A DNA stretch of 64,000 bases from a virus (lineage: Duplodnaviria > Caudoviricetes): IMG/VR virus record IMGVR_UViG_3300031994_000006, positions 96,001 through 160,000 of that record; one strand, 5' to 3'. The notes beneath the pieces were generated by a model that ran no database searches, was not told where the DNA came from, and saw only the letters and a list, made by a program, of their open reading frames with translations. Each line of letters starts with the position of its first letter. Within the stretch, counting starts at the first letter, position 1. The translations under genes were made by a program, and so were the position numbers. Positions 18,594-27,964 of the stretch are shown here, piece by piece.

Positions 18594-19142
18594 ATGGCAG
18601 AAAAAAAGAAGAAGATGGCGACGGCGGAACTTTCGGACGAGGCCAAGATGAAGATGAGGCTGAAACTGATAAGGGAGACCGGACTGTCGACTAAGCGCGC
18701 CGAGGTGTACCTTGACCGCTGCGACTGGAACATGGACAAGGTCTATGCGATGCCGCAGGTGAAGAAGGCGCTGAAGGCGGAAATCGAGAAGAAGGTCAAG
18801 GAATCGGTACAGGCGATGCTCGATACGCCGGACGATGATAATAAAGAGGCCTCTGTCAAAATGGGTCCCTCTGAGATCAGGGGCAAAAAGAAAAAAGTCC
18901 GCTTCGGCGGCTCCAAGGGACTGGAGTTCACGGTCACCATCACCGACAACGGCGATATGTACTACGGGAATACCAGGATCCGTAGTGACGCCAGCGGTCT
19001 GTACGCCCCATATCTCACCCAGAAGCAGATCTGCGAGTGGACCAGGAAGTATATCAAGCAGGCAGAGAACCTGACGGACAAGATGCTGGCCAGGAGATCC
19101 AAGGAGAAACATCCGGAAAGACCGAAAGCGACGACAATATGA
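18594..19142 (+). CDS. Hypothetical protein with N-terminal UBA-like (EF-Ts N / TAP-C-like) helical motif
   Basis: KLIRETGLSTKRAEVYLDRCDWNMDKV fits a three-helix UBA-like pattern. Confidence 0.65.
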   Translation: MAEKKKKMATAELSDEAKMKMRLKLIRETGLSTKRAEVYLDRCDWNMDKVYAMPQVKKALKAEIEKKVKESVQAMLDTPDDDNKEASVKMGPSEIRGKKKKVRFGGSKGLEFTVTITDNGDMYYGNTRIRSDASGLYAPYLTQKQICEWTRKYIKQAENLTDKMLARRSKEKHPERPKATTI

Positions 19143-19810
19143 ACAAACCCGAATACATAAACGACCCGGTGTCGACTACGGACGGCAGGAAGCCGTCAAT
19201 ATCGGCGCATCCTATGTTCACCGACAGGACGCTCAGGCTGTACAGGATGCAGCATGATCTGAATGCGTTCAATATCAAGGGTGTCTGGAGACATTTTGCG
19301 CTCTGGCTTGCAGAGCTTATAGAGTATGAGTTTCCAGAGGCGCTCGACGGCGCCGATATCATACTGTCCGCGGCAATGCCATGCGCCGAGCCTTCAGGCG
19401 CGCCGGGCGATTCGGCATGGCTGAGGACCGTCTACAGGGTAAGGCTTCACGGAGACGAGCTCTGGATCGGATGCGAGAATCCCAGGGACAGTAAGGCCGA
19501 CCAGATGCCGAAGGCCGTGCAGTCGCCTATGTGCGACAATGAGACCTCGGGACTGATCATCGGCACCGGCGTCAACTTCGTCCAGGTAGTGACCGGCTCG
19601 AGCGTGCCCGTCGATAACCTGTATTTCATACCGACCAGCAAGGACTGTGACGACGGCTGGTGGGAGCTTAACGGATTCAATCTGTGCGGCGCCCTGATCG
19701 GCACACTGCATGATTTGTCCGATACGAACAGCTACTGGCACTCGCACATGAAGCACGGGTACAGTAACGACACAGGCGGCGTCAGCTATTCAGAATCCAT
19801 TTCAACATAA
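19139..19810 (+). CDS. Hypothetical protein
   Basis: Start taken at MNKPEY (ATGA overlap with previous stop). Confidence 0.7.
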   Translation: MNKPEYINDPVSTTDGRKPSISAHPMFTDRTLRLYRMQHDLNAFNIKGVWRHFALWLAELIEYEFPEALDGADIILSAAMPCAEPSGAPGDSAWLRTVYRVRLHGDELWIGCENPRDSKADQMPKAVQSPMCDNETSGLIIGTGVNFVQVVTGSSVPVDNLYFIPTSKDCDDGWWELNGFNLCGALIGTLHDLSDTNSYWHSHMKHGYSNDTGGVSYSESIST

Positions 19811-19822
19811 CTGAACATAACT

Positions 19823-20131
19823 ATGACTTTTGAAGAGTTAAAGGCGGAGGCCAAAAAGGTCTATGACGACGTGGCGAAGAACAGTGTATTCTGTGCCTCG
19901 TTTGAAGCCCGTAAGGTAATCGCAAGCAAGATTGATCAGTGCTCGGACAGGAATGAGCATCTGGATGTCCTTGAATGGGATGAATACAAAAACATCTATG
20001 CTCCGATGAAACGTGAGACGTATGAGCATAGGAAGCAGTTGGCGAAGGAATCCTATGAACACGCCCTTGCCGAGATTGAAAAAGAGTATGAGGAGCGTGG
20101 CAAGTTCTCTCCTGATTATCACAAAATATAA
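19823..20131 (+). CDS. Hypothetical protein
   Basis: In operon, ends at terminator. Confidence 0.75.
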   Translation: MTFEELKAEAKKVYDDVAKNSVFCASFEARKVIASKIDQCSDRNEHLDVLEWDEYKNIYAPMKRETYEHRKQLAKESYEHALAEIEKEYEERGKFSPDYHKI

Positions 20132-20157
20132 AAAGGTTGCAGAAATGCAACCTTTTT
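20130..20157. terminator. Bidirectional intrinsic terminator
   Basis: AAAAAGGTTGCA-GAAA-TGCAACCTTTTT between convergent genes. Confidence 0.8.
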
Positions 20158-23100
20158 ATATTCTCCTGAGTTCGACCCCGTATTCGGTACCCGTGTCCGG
20201 ATCCGTGACCCGGCCCTTGAGCGAGTCCCTGGACACGTCGGAGAACGTCATCCTCTCGCGGACGGTCTCGCCGGCGTACCAGCTCGACACGACGTCTCCC
20301 CTGACGGACCAGGTAAACGACCAGTCATGGTACTCGAAGCTTGACGAGTCCGCATAGTCGGTCCTTATCGTCCTGACGCCTGTACCGTCCGCCGCGAACT
20401 TGAACATTATCTCGGACTTGCCGTCGCCTCCGGTCAGTATACCGGTCCATGATCCCGCGATGACGTCGGTGAGCCTGACGTATTCATCCGGTACGGAGTC
20501 GTAGAGCGAGCCTGACACGCCCTTCCTGACGGTCACATATGCGCAGTTGCCGGAACCTCCGAGCAGGTTGCCGAACATGTCGATGGTCTCGAGGCCTATG
20601 TGGTAGACGCCTTCCCTGACACCCTTCAGAGGCAGGGTCTCGTTGATGGACCTGAACAAGACGGACGCATCTCTGGCGTCGTCGTGTGTCGCGTGTCGCA
20701 CGGTCCACAGGCACATGTAGTTGAGATCGCCCTCCCTCTGTGATATGGATCCCTCACAGTAGGTGCCGGCCTTGTCGTCTGATACGGCGAGCAGTCCCTC
20801 CTCAGGCTCTATCTCACACGGCACCGGGCTCTTGTAGTGTATGAGCGACTTGTCCAGGTTGTCATATCCCCACTCCCTGAAGGCCTCGTCCGCCCTGAAG
20901 TCGTAGACGTTCACGCTGAACGACCTGTCGGTGAACCTGTCGATATGCCATCTGCTGTCGACGGACACGTCGCATGTCATCGTATCGGGATCCTCGGCCG
21001 CGGCGGTCACTCCCGCCGTGTACATGACGAACGACGACAGCGACGGCGTGAGGCATGCCCTGACAGAGAACGGATCAGAGTCGTTGTTATAAAGCCCGTT
21101 CACGAACGCCGGCTCACCCTTTACATAGGTGAACGGCCTGAGGAGCGCGTCGTTTACGGTCCCGTCTATCGTGAACGTCCAGGTACCGTCGCCGTTGTCC
21201 TCGCCGGATATCACCTTGTATGTGTCGCCGGATATGAACTGGCGGTTCCTCGTCGCCGCGTTAATCAGGTACTCACGGTCGGCCTCGTTCCATGAGTCGA
21301 AGTTCCTCTGGTACCTCCAGTACATGACCTTGACGACCTGTCCGTCGAGCAGCACGCGCCTGTCGGCCCTGAACCTTATCCTGCATGTACCGGTCCTGTA
21401 GTCGTTCTCACAGGTATCATAGGTGAACCAGAACTCCGTCACCGGGGCAATGAAGCAGTCGTACCTTCCGCTGTTCACCGCATCGTGCATCTCCGGGGTG
21501 AACTTGACATACTCGTCCTCCTTGGTCGAATATGACAGCTCGATGAAGTTGTCATCCGGCTCCTGGAGGTCATATTCGGGTATCTCCTTATAGTCGATGA
21601 CCCTGTACGGGCCCGAGCAGCTGAGAGACGCCGCGGCATTGTTGTTGGCCGGGTTCACGTAGTACAGCATGACCGAGCAGTCCGTATAGAACGTCTCGTT
21701 CCCCCTCGGATTCTCGTCGTTCAGTATGACGCGGATACGTCCGCCGAACGACTCCTCGGACTCAGGTACGGTCTCTGTGATACTGTCGACGCGCTCGGAT
21801 ACGTTCGTGACATGCAGCCACTCGCCTTCCTCGGGCATGTGCATCGCATATGAATGCGAGCTGTACCCGATGGAGTCGCCGCCGGCCTTCGTGACGTTCC
21901 TCCTGACATCCGGCCAGAATTCGGGCACGGTACAGTTGTCGGTCAGCGACAGTATGACGTTCTGTCCGAGCGCCGCGTCCCTGACGGAATCCGGCGCGGA
22001 CTCGGGATCCTCCGACAGGTATTCCCTGATGATCTCGACCGAAGGCGCCTTGCCCGATATATGGATGAGTGAGTCGGACTTGGCCCTGTAAGGTGTGTTC
22101 CAGTTGTCCCAAACGGTCGCGTACAGGCTCCAGTCGGCCCTGTGGTTCACCCACATCGGCCATTCCTTGTAACGCACGGTCCTGGCGGCCTGAAGCGCCG
22201 TGAGTGAATCCTCGAGCTGCGCCGCGAGCCTGGTCTCCTCGGCCCTGTACACGGCCCTGTATCTCTCGTCCGCATTGCCGAGCTCGGCCTCGCGCTCCTC
22301 CTCATAGCGCTCCTTCATCGCCGGCACACGGTCAATCCATTTCTGGAAATTGCCGATTGATGACTGCAGTATACGTTTCTTGGCCGTCGCCGTATCAGGG
22401 CTGGCGAGCTCGTCCTTCATCGTCAGGATACGATTCTCGTACTTGCCGGCACGGGCGTCGAGCGCCCCTATCATGTCATCGTACTTGCCGTTAATCAGGT
22501 CGAACTCCCTGGTGAATTGCGCGGTAATCAGAGCAAGCCTTCCGGTCCGCGCATTATCCCGCATCGCATGCCAGTCCTCAAGGAACCTGTCACGGTCCTC
22601 GTCGGTCAGGAATGAATAGGCGGGCACGCGTCCCGTACGGTACGCATACCTCATATAGATGAGCTGCTCACCCCTTGCATTGTAGCTGTCGAATACGATC
22701 CTGGCCCTGCAGTCGGCATTGACCGCCTCCGGACCGTCGTATCCGGCGCCTTCCCATACCTTCTCGCGCTTCTCTATGAATCCGTCCGATATGGTCAGTA
22801 TCAGCCTCGTATCCTCAGGCAGGAACGACGAGCCTCCCTCGAGCGACGACACCACGTAGTTGGACAATATGAACAGGGGCACGCGGTACTTGTTCATCCT
22901 GGTGTAGGCGAACGTCGCGCCGGGACCGGGCCTGAGCGTTATCCAGTCCTTGGACTTCAGGTATCTCTCGGGAGTCACCTTATCATGCAGCTCGTAGTTC
23001 CATCCGGTATTGCCGACGTACGACGATACCGTATAGAGCACGTTCTTCTCCCAGGGGCCGTAGCACTTCCTGAGCTCGCCGGCCCTTATCCTGATGACGG

Positions 23101-25183
23101 GCAGCGCCGAGTCCTCGGTCACCTCAGACGCCGCGGTCCTGCCGCCGTGCACGATTATCTCATTGTCCTTGACAAGCAGCGGATGCGACAGTCCGGACTT
23201 CCAGGCGCCGCAAGACACATCGGCCCTGAGCTCATACCCGACGTCGTTCCACTCGACCGGCATGTCGCCGAACGCGCCGAATACCAGCGCATCCGACGCG
23301 GGATCGGCCAGCGCCGCGAGCTCCGCGTCGGTCAGGGAAGTGACAGGCCTCATGCCGTCCGAGCCGGTACCCACCCATTTGATGAAGTCCGCCGCGGTGA
23401 GTACGGACGTGTCCGCCGCCGTGACCGTGTCGCCGAACTCCTTGAGCGACAGCGTGATCTTCGCCGAGCTGTCCTCGAGCTGCGTATTGCTGAGCTCCGG
23501 TATCCATATCGGGGTAACGGATCTCGAGTGTTCCTCCTCGAGCGTTATATGGCCGGTCGAATAGGCCGTCGTGACGACCCTGCTGAAGTAGACGCCCTCG
23601 CCCGTTATGTCCCTGATACGGCAGTTGATGCCGACGATATGGCGCTCGAGCCATTCCTTCAGACCCTCGAGCTTCGCCAGCAGCTCGGCGTTGTAGTATT
23701 TGTACTCGTTCTTGGTGACGGGTATGTCGAAGGCCATCAGTCCGTCCGTATAGTAGTAGTCGCCGGTGGACGGATCGACCTTGTGGATCGTCGCGGCGAC
23801 CGTGTCGTACTTGGCCTTCTCCCTGTTGATGCGGTACAGCATGGACAGGATGTTCAGCTTCTTCCACTTGAGGAACTGATCCGGCGAAATGCCGACGGCC
23901 TCGAGCTTCCTCCTGACGCTGAGATCCTGTGTTATGTCGATTTTCTGGTACGCTATGTCGTTCTCCTTCTCGCCGTCGAAGAACCTGTACCATTCCTTGA
24001 AGTAGACGTCATCCCATCCGAGGTAGCTGACGGCGTTCATGAGCGCCTTGTATGTGCCGGCGTACGGGAATATCTGGTCATACGTCAGGAACAGCTCCTT
24101 GGACTTCCTGTTGATGAACTTCCAGTCGGTACCGTCCTCACGGTCGTCATAGTCCTTGAACACGTGCGGGTACCACTTGGGATCGGGCACGCCGAAATTG
24201 GTGAACAGCGTCCTGAAGCGCTCATCCTCGTCGACGGCCTCCGACTTGACCGAGATCCAGCCGGCCTTCTCAAGGCTTCCGGCGGGCGTCAGCAGCCAGG
24301 CAGTTATCATGTCCTCATAGCATCCGCCCTCAGGCGACAGGAACGCAGGCGTCAGTACCAGCGGCTCCGACAGGTCGCCCGCCGTCATGCCGTCCGGAAG
24401 GGTGAAGTTCTTGATCCTCGACCAGTATACCCTGGAATGGTCGAGCTCCTCATAGGGTGAGCCTTCCTGGCGTCCCTCGTCCTCCCACCACTCGAGCGAG
24501 TCCTTGACGAACTTGACGGTCGAGTCCTTCCTGACCGTAAACACAAGTCCGTACGACGGATCGGACGGCCTCTGCAGGCCCTCCGGGGTCTCCTCCATGA
24601 TGAACAGCGTCTCAGGCTGCGGCAGTCCGGCCGAGACGGGCTCCAGATAGAGGCTCGCCATGAACAGCGACGACGGCCTGCCTGACAGATCCACATGAAG
24701 GGCGTTCTGCAGGAACTCGGGCGAGTATCCGTCGGCGAACGACACCGACCTGCAGAAGAAATCGGTCACGCCCGACTCGGGATCAGTGCTCGTCACGGCC
24801 CTTTTACTGCCGCATTCCATGCTGAATACGGATTTCGGGAGCTCATACCTGTCATCGTCGATATAGATGTCGACCGTGCTGCCGATATAACGGTCGAAAA
24901 GGTCCGTCATGTATTTCTCCGGATTAATCTTCTCGTCGTCCCTCAGTCCGTATGCCTTGCCCGGATCGGATATGCCGACATGTACGACGTTACCGGCCGG
25001 ATTGACGTCAATCCAGCCGGAAGGCGCGGTCTGCCATCCTTCGGTCGGTGCCGAGTATTCCTTGTGCGGGCCGTACTTGCCGTGTTTCATGACGGGCCTG
25101 AAAGCGAATGTGATACGGTGCTTCCATGTCATCTGGAGCGGCTTGCCGTCCGAGTCGAAAATCCTGAGCTTTGCTATATTCAT
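20156..25183 (-). CDS. Large 1675-aa structural protein, probably baseplate wedge-like
   Basis: Size, late-type GATAAATA at 25208-25215, segment IFPYAGTYKALMNAVSYLGW reminiscent of baseplate wedge proteins (inference); central coiled coil. Confidence 0.6.
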   Translation of the reverse strand: MNIAKLRIFDSDGKPLQMTWKHRITFAFRPVMKHGKYGPHKEYSAPTEGWQTAPSGWIDVNPAGNVVHVGISDPGKAYGLRDDEKINPEKYMTDLFDRYIGSTVDIYIDDDRYELPKSVFSMECGSKRAVTSTDPESGVTDFFCRSVSFADGYSPEFLQNALHVDLSGRPSSLFMASLYLEPVSAGLPQPETLFIMEETPEGLQRPSDPSYGLVFTVRKDSTVKFVKDSLEWWEDEGRQEGSPYEELDHSRVYWSRIKNFTLPDGMTAGDLSEPLVLTPAFLSPEGGCYEDMITAWLLTPAGSLEKAGWISVKSEAVDEDERFRTLFTNFGVPDPKWYPHVFKDYDDREDGTDWKFINRKSKELFLTYDQIFPYAGTYKALMNAVSYLGWDDVYFKEWYRFFDGEKENDIAYQKIDITQDLSVRRKLEAVGISPDQFLKWKKLNILSMLYRINREKAKYDTVAATIHKVDPSTGDYYYTDGLMAFDIPVTKNEYKYYNAELLAKLEGLKEWLERHIVGINCRIRDITGEGVYFSRVVTTAYSTGHITLEEEHSRSVTPIWIPELSNTQLEDSSAKITLSLKEFGDTVTAADTSVLTAADFIKWVGTGSDGMRPVTSLTDAELAALADPASDALVFGAFGDMPVEWNDVGYELRADVSCGAWKSGLSHPLLVKDNEIIVHGGRTAASEVTEDSALPVIRIRAGELRKCYGPWEKNVLYTVSSYVGNTGWNYELHDKVTPERYLKSKDWITLRPGPGATFAYTRMNKYRVPLFILSNYVVSSLEGGSSFLPEDTRLILTISDGFIEKREKVWEGAGYDGPEAVNADCRARIVFDSYNARGEQLIYMRYAYRTGRVPAYSFLTDEDRDRFLEDWHAMRDNARTGRLALITAQFTREFDLINGKYDDMIGALDARAGKYENRILTMKDELASPDTATAKKRILQSSIGNFQKWIDRVPAMKERYEEEREAELGNADERYRAVYRAEETRLAAQLEDSLTALQAARTVRYKEWPMWVNHRADWSLYATVWDNWNTPYRAKSDSLIHISGKAPSVEIIREYLSEDPESAPDSVRDAALGQNVILSLTDNCTVPEFWPDVRRNVTKAGGDSIGYSSHSYAMHMPEEGEWLHVTNVSERVDSITETVPESEESFGGRIRVILNDENPRGNETFYTDCSVMLYYVNPANNNAAASLSCSGPYRVIDYKEIPEYDLQEPDDNFIELSYSTKEDEYVKFTPEMHDAVNSGRYDCFIAPVTEFWFTYDTCENDYRTGTCRIRFRADRRVLLDGQVVKVMYWRYQRNFDSWNEADREYLINAATRNRQFISGDTYKVISGEDNGDGTWTFTIDGTVNDALLRPFTYVKGEPAFVNGLYNNDSDPFSVRACLTPSLSSFVMYTAGVTAAAEDPDTMTCDVSVDSRWHIDRFTDRSFSVNVYDFRADEAFREWGYDNLDKSLIHYKSPVPCEIEPEEGLLAVSDDKAGTYCEGSISQREGDLNYMCLWTVRHATHDDARDASVLFRSINETLPLKGVREGVYHIGLETIDMFGNLLGGSGNCAYVTVRKGVSGSLYDSVPDEYVRLTDVIAGSWTGILTGGDGKSEIMFKFAADGTGVRTIRTDYADSSSFEYHDWSFTWSVRGDVVSSWYAGETVRERMTFSDVSRDSLKGRVTDPDTGTEYGVELRRI

Positions 25184-25244
25184 GACTACAATGTACTATA
25201 TGCCCGGTATTTATCGGTAGGCCCGGAAACGCATGAAAACGCAA

Positions 25245-25302
25245 AACAAGGCAGAAAAACGCCGCAGGATTTTTTTATTCCGTAATAAAGCGCTATCTTT
25301 GC
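25245..25302 (+). promoter_or_regulatory. Cassette copy 3 (promoter intact, hairpin left arm degenerate)
   Basis: CCGCAGGATT, T-run, 22 nt, TATCTTTGC; the upstream gene is divergent. Confidence 0.75.
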
Positions 25303-25329
25303 AGTAACAAAATAAAAAACAAGTAAGTT

Positions 25330-25782
25330 ATGGCAAGGTTTAAGGAATTTCATTCATCAAAGACTAAGAGCGCAGGCGACTGCGTCATCAGATCGATAAT
25401 GGCCTGCACGGGCTACACATGGGAGAGGGTATTCTGGGATCTCTGCAACATCGCGCGTAAAAAGCAGTGCATGCCGAACGACAAGCCGGTGTATGACGCC
25501 TGGTTCAAGGCCAACGGCTTCAAGAAGTGCAAGGTCGAGAAAATCACGGACGACTCGGATTACCGCCTGCGTTTCCCGACAGTGTACGAGTGGTGTCAGG
25601 ATCATCCGGGCAGCGTCGCCTGCCTGACGGTCAGCGGCCACATGGTCGGCGCGGTCAAGGGACAGTACTGGGACAGCTGGGACTGCGGCGAGTACAAGGT
25701 CCGCTCGTTCTACCTGAGGGAACTCGGCTGGCGGCAGAGGGAATTTCATACGGCCGATATGGAAATCCCTAACAAACTTTAG
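25330..25782 (+). CDS. Hypothetical protein with papain-like Cys/His/Asp pattern
   Basis: GDCVIRSI...GHMVGAV..QYWDSWD. Confidence 0.65.
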   Translation: MARFKEFHSSKTKSAGDCVIRSIMACTGYTWERVFWDLCNIARKKQCMPNDKPVYDAWFKANGFKKCKVEKITDDSDYRLRFPTVYEWCQDHPGSVACLTVSGHMVGAVKGQYWDSWDCGEYKVRSFYLRELGWRQREFHTADMEIPNKL

Positions 25783-25794
25783 GAAAAATAACCG

Positions 25795-25824
25795 GTGATT
25801 CCGGTAATTTGCGGCGTATATAAT
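25795..25824 (+). promoter_or_regulatory. ECF-like promoter GTGATT-N14-CGTATATAAT
   Basis: Matches the recurrent motif. Confidence 0.5.
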
Positions 25825-25849
25825 GTATAGCACATAAGAATATAAGCAT

Positions 25850-26173
25850 ATGAAAGGTAAAGACAACACTGAGACTATCGTATTATCAAGGTATGTGAAG
25901 ATCTCCAATCCGCGTCCGGTCAACGTCAAGACCGGCAAGTTCTCAATTCCCGTCTGGGCGTTCAACCGCTATCAGAAGAAGGATTTCGTGTTCGACGGCG
26001 TCATCGGCGGCAAGGAGGTCGTCAAGGTCCTGGACCGCGAGTACGTCAAGAACCATACGGTACTCGTCCGCAAGAAGCATGAGAGCGTCGAACCGATGAC
26101 ACTCGAGCCGGTCGTGACTTATCAGTATTTCTATCTCATCAAGGCAAAGGATATTCTGGACTATGGCGCTTAA
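25850..26173 (+). CDS. Hypothetical protein
   Basis: In operon. Confidence 0.7.
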   Translation: MKGKDNTETIVLSRYVKISNPRPVNVKTGKFSIPVWAFNRYQKKDFVFDGVIGGKEVVKVLDREYVKNHTVLVRKKHESVEPMTLEPVVTYQYFYLIKAKDILDYGA

Positions 26174-26657
26174 CAGGACATACACACTCGATCAGATCAG
26201 GACACGCATGATCAACCTCGGCCTTCAGAACCTGACGGCCGCCGAGCTCATCGAGAACTTCCAGAAAATGGAGGATGAGTCCGAACAGAGGATCAATGAC
26301 AGGAGCAAGGCCCGTGACGAATGGTATAGGAACTGCATCGGCAGGTGCTTCCTGATCGACTTCAACGGCACATCGTTCGCGGCATACCGCATCAATAATG
26401 ATCCGGTTTTGACTAATCAGATGGAGGGTGTCAGGATCTGCATCAGCCGCCCCGGATCTGACATGGGCACGAGGATTGAATACAATAAGAAGGACGCGTT
26501 CAACCGTTTCTGGCTGCAGAACCCATATGATGACAACGGCAAGTTCGGCGGCTATAGCGGCATCAACGGCGTCAGGGAGATAACGGACAAGGAATTCGAT
26601 GAACTTATCGCGACATATGACAAAGTCAATAAAATACTGGAGGACGTCGTAAAATGA
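26163..26657 (+). CDS. Hypothetical protein
   Basis: In operon. Confidence 0.7.
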   Translation: MALNRTYTLDQIRTRMINLGLQNLTAAELIENFQKMEDESEQRINDRSKARDEWYRNCIGRCFLIDFNGTSFAAYRINNDPVLTNQMEGVRICISRPGSDMGTRIEYNKKDAFNRFWLQNPYDDNGKFGGYSGINGVREITDKEFDELIATYDKVNKILEDVVK

Positions 26658-26830
26658 ACAGGAAATTAAGGAACACCGTCATGGCCGGAACGGCCGGACT
26701 GATCATAGGCCTGATCATAGGGGCCGAGAAGCTCAGGCGCTCTGTCAGGAAGACCGTCGAATCTTTGTGTGACGGATTCTTCGAGCCCCTATACAGGGAT
26801 ATAAAAACGGAAAAGAACGAAGAGGTATGA
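26654..26830 (+). CDS. 58-aa protein with one hydrophobic segment, absent from the ORF track
   Basis: MNRKLRNTVMAGTAGLIIGLIIGAEK...; ATGA overlaps at both ends. Confidence 0.7.
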   Translation: MNRKLRNTVMAGTAGLIIGLIIGAEKLRRSVRKTVESLCDGFFEPLYRDIKTEKNEEV

Positions 26831-27156
26831 AGAAGATTGTATGCGCGATTGCCGTACTGATGCTTACGGCATGCGGACCCGGCAGACAGGCCGGTAAGAT
26901 ATTGCAGGCGTCACAACCTGATACAGTAAAGGCGCCGAAGGCCGGTACGGCCGTCAATCCGGTCATAATCGGCGATACCGAGCTCGGATCGTACGGACAT
27001 GTATACGTGATCAAGGTGACCGACCACGACGGCGTGAATCATACGGTCGTCACCGTCAAGAACTCCGCCGCCGACGGAGGTGTGGCGGTCTGCGAGCTCC
27101 GCGGCCCTGAGGGACCTGATCCCGGCTGTGTCGACACTTATCCAATCGGCAACTAA
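26827..27156 (+). CDS. Putative lipoprotein
   Basis: MKK, hydrophobic stretch, LTAC lipobox. Confidence 0.75.
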   Translation: MKKIVCAIAVLMLTACGPGRQAGKILQASQPDTVKAPKAGTAVNPVIIGDTELGSYGHVYVIKVTDHDGVNHTVVTVKNSAADGGVAVCELRGPEGPDPGCVDTYPIGN

Positions 27157-27174
27157 ACCCAACCATTCGATATT

Positions 27175-27669
27175 ATGAAGAAACTGCGTATTCTGGCCGT
27201 ATCACTCTGTATGATGCTCGGCCTTACACTTACATCATGTGTGGGCGCGGCGGCGATGGTGGACGAAACAGGCGTGTCTGTGGACATCCTGGTCGCGGAA
27301 GGAGTGCCATGTTATGACCTGGACAACGTACTTCTGTACTATTACTGGAACGGAAGGTACTGGTACAGGTACTGGTATCACAATACATGGTACTACAGAC
27401 CCTATGTACGCCCGATGCCCGGATACAGGCGTCCTCATTTCACGGGACCCCAGTCCGGGGATGTCTGGCGTCACGGTCCCGGACGGATCGGTCCGAGACA
27501 CAATATGCACCATCCGAACGTGCGTCGTCCCAATCCACGGCCGCCGAGGCAGCCTGACAGAATGTCGCCTCAGCCACGTCCGGACAGGGGAGGCGTCAAC
27601 AGGATTCCCAACGTCAGGCCGTCCGGAGGTCCGCATTCAGGCGGCGGCCATATAGGCGGCAGGCGATAG
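27175..27669 (+). CDS. Putative lipoprotein with Tyr/Trp-rich core and Pro/Arg/Gly-rich tail
   Basis: LTSC lipobox; YYYWNGRYWYRYWY; disordered C-terminus. Confidence 0.75.
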   Translation: MKKLRILAVSLCMMLGLTLTSCVGAAAMVDETGVSVDILVAEGVPCYDLDNVLLYYYWNGRYWYRYWYHNTWYYRPYVRPMPGYRRPHFTGPQSGDVWRHGPGRIGPRHNMHHPNVRRPNPRPPRQPDRMSPQPRPDRGGVNRIPNVRPSGGPHSGGGHIGGRR

Positions 27670-27681
27670 ATGTCCGGAAAG

Positions 27682-27711
27682 AAAAAGAGGAGCCCTGAGG
27701 CTCCTCTTCTT
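27682..27711. terminator. Bidirectional intrinsic terminator
   Basis: AAGAGGAGCC-CTGA-GGCTCCTCTT between convergent genes. Confidence 0.75.
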
Positions 27712-27964
27712 AGTTTATGTAGATGGTCTCCTTGTCATGTGCGACGCTGTACTGCGTCCGGATCTGCTTGACCATGTCTATCAGGTATATGATCAGCCGC
27801 TCAATCTGGCGGTAGTTCGAGTCCTGTACGGGATTCGAGAACATCTCACGCGACAGCACCTTGTTCAGCACCCCGTATTTGTAGTACTGATAGCCGAGGT
27901 TCGTGAAACCGTCCCTCATGTGCCGTGAATCCTTACGGAACGAGCTTATTCCCTTCAGTTTCAT
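27710..27964 (-). CDS. Small hypothetical protein at the end of the late operon
   Basis: TAATG-coupled to the upstream gene. Confidence 0.7.
   Translation of the reverse strand: MKLKGISSFRKDSRHMRDGFTNLGYQYYKYGVLNKVLSREMFSNPVQDSNYRQIERLIIYLIDMVKQIRTQYSVAHDKETIYIN

Noticed and set aside
18482-18694. 70-aa ORF with a TM-like segment
   Set aside because: Overlaps the 182-aa gene by about 100 nt; possible but not supportable, so not listed as a feature
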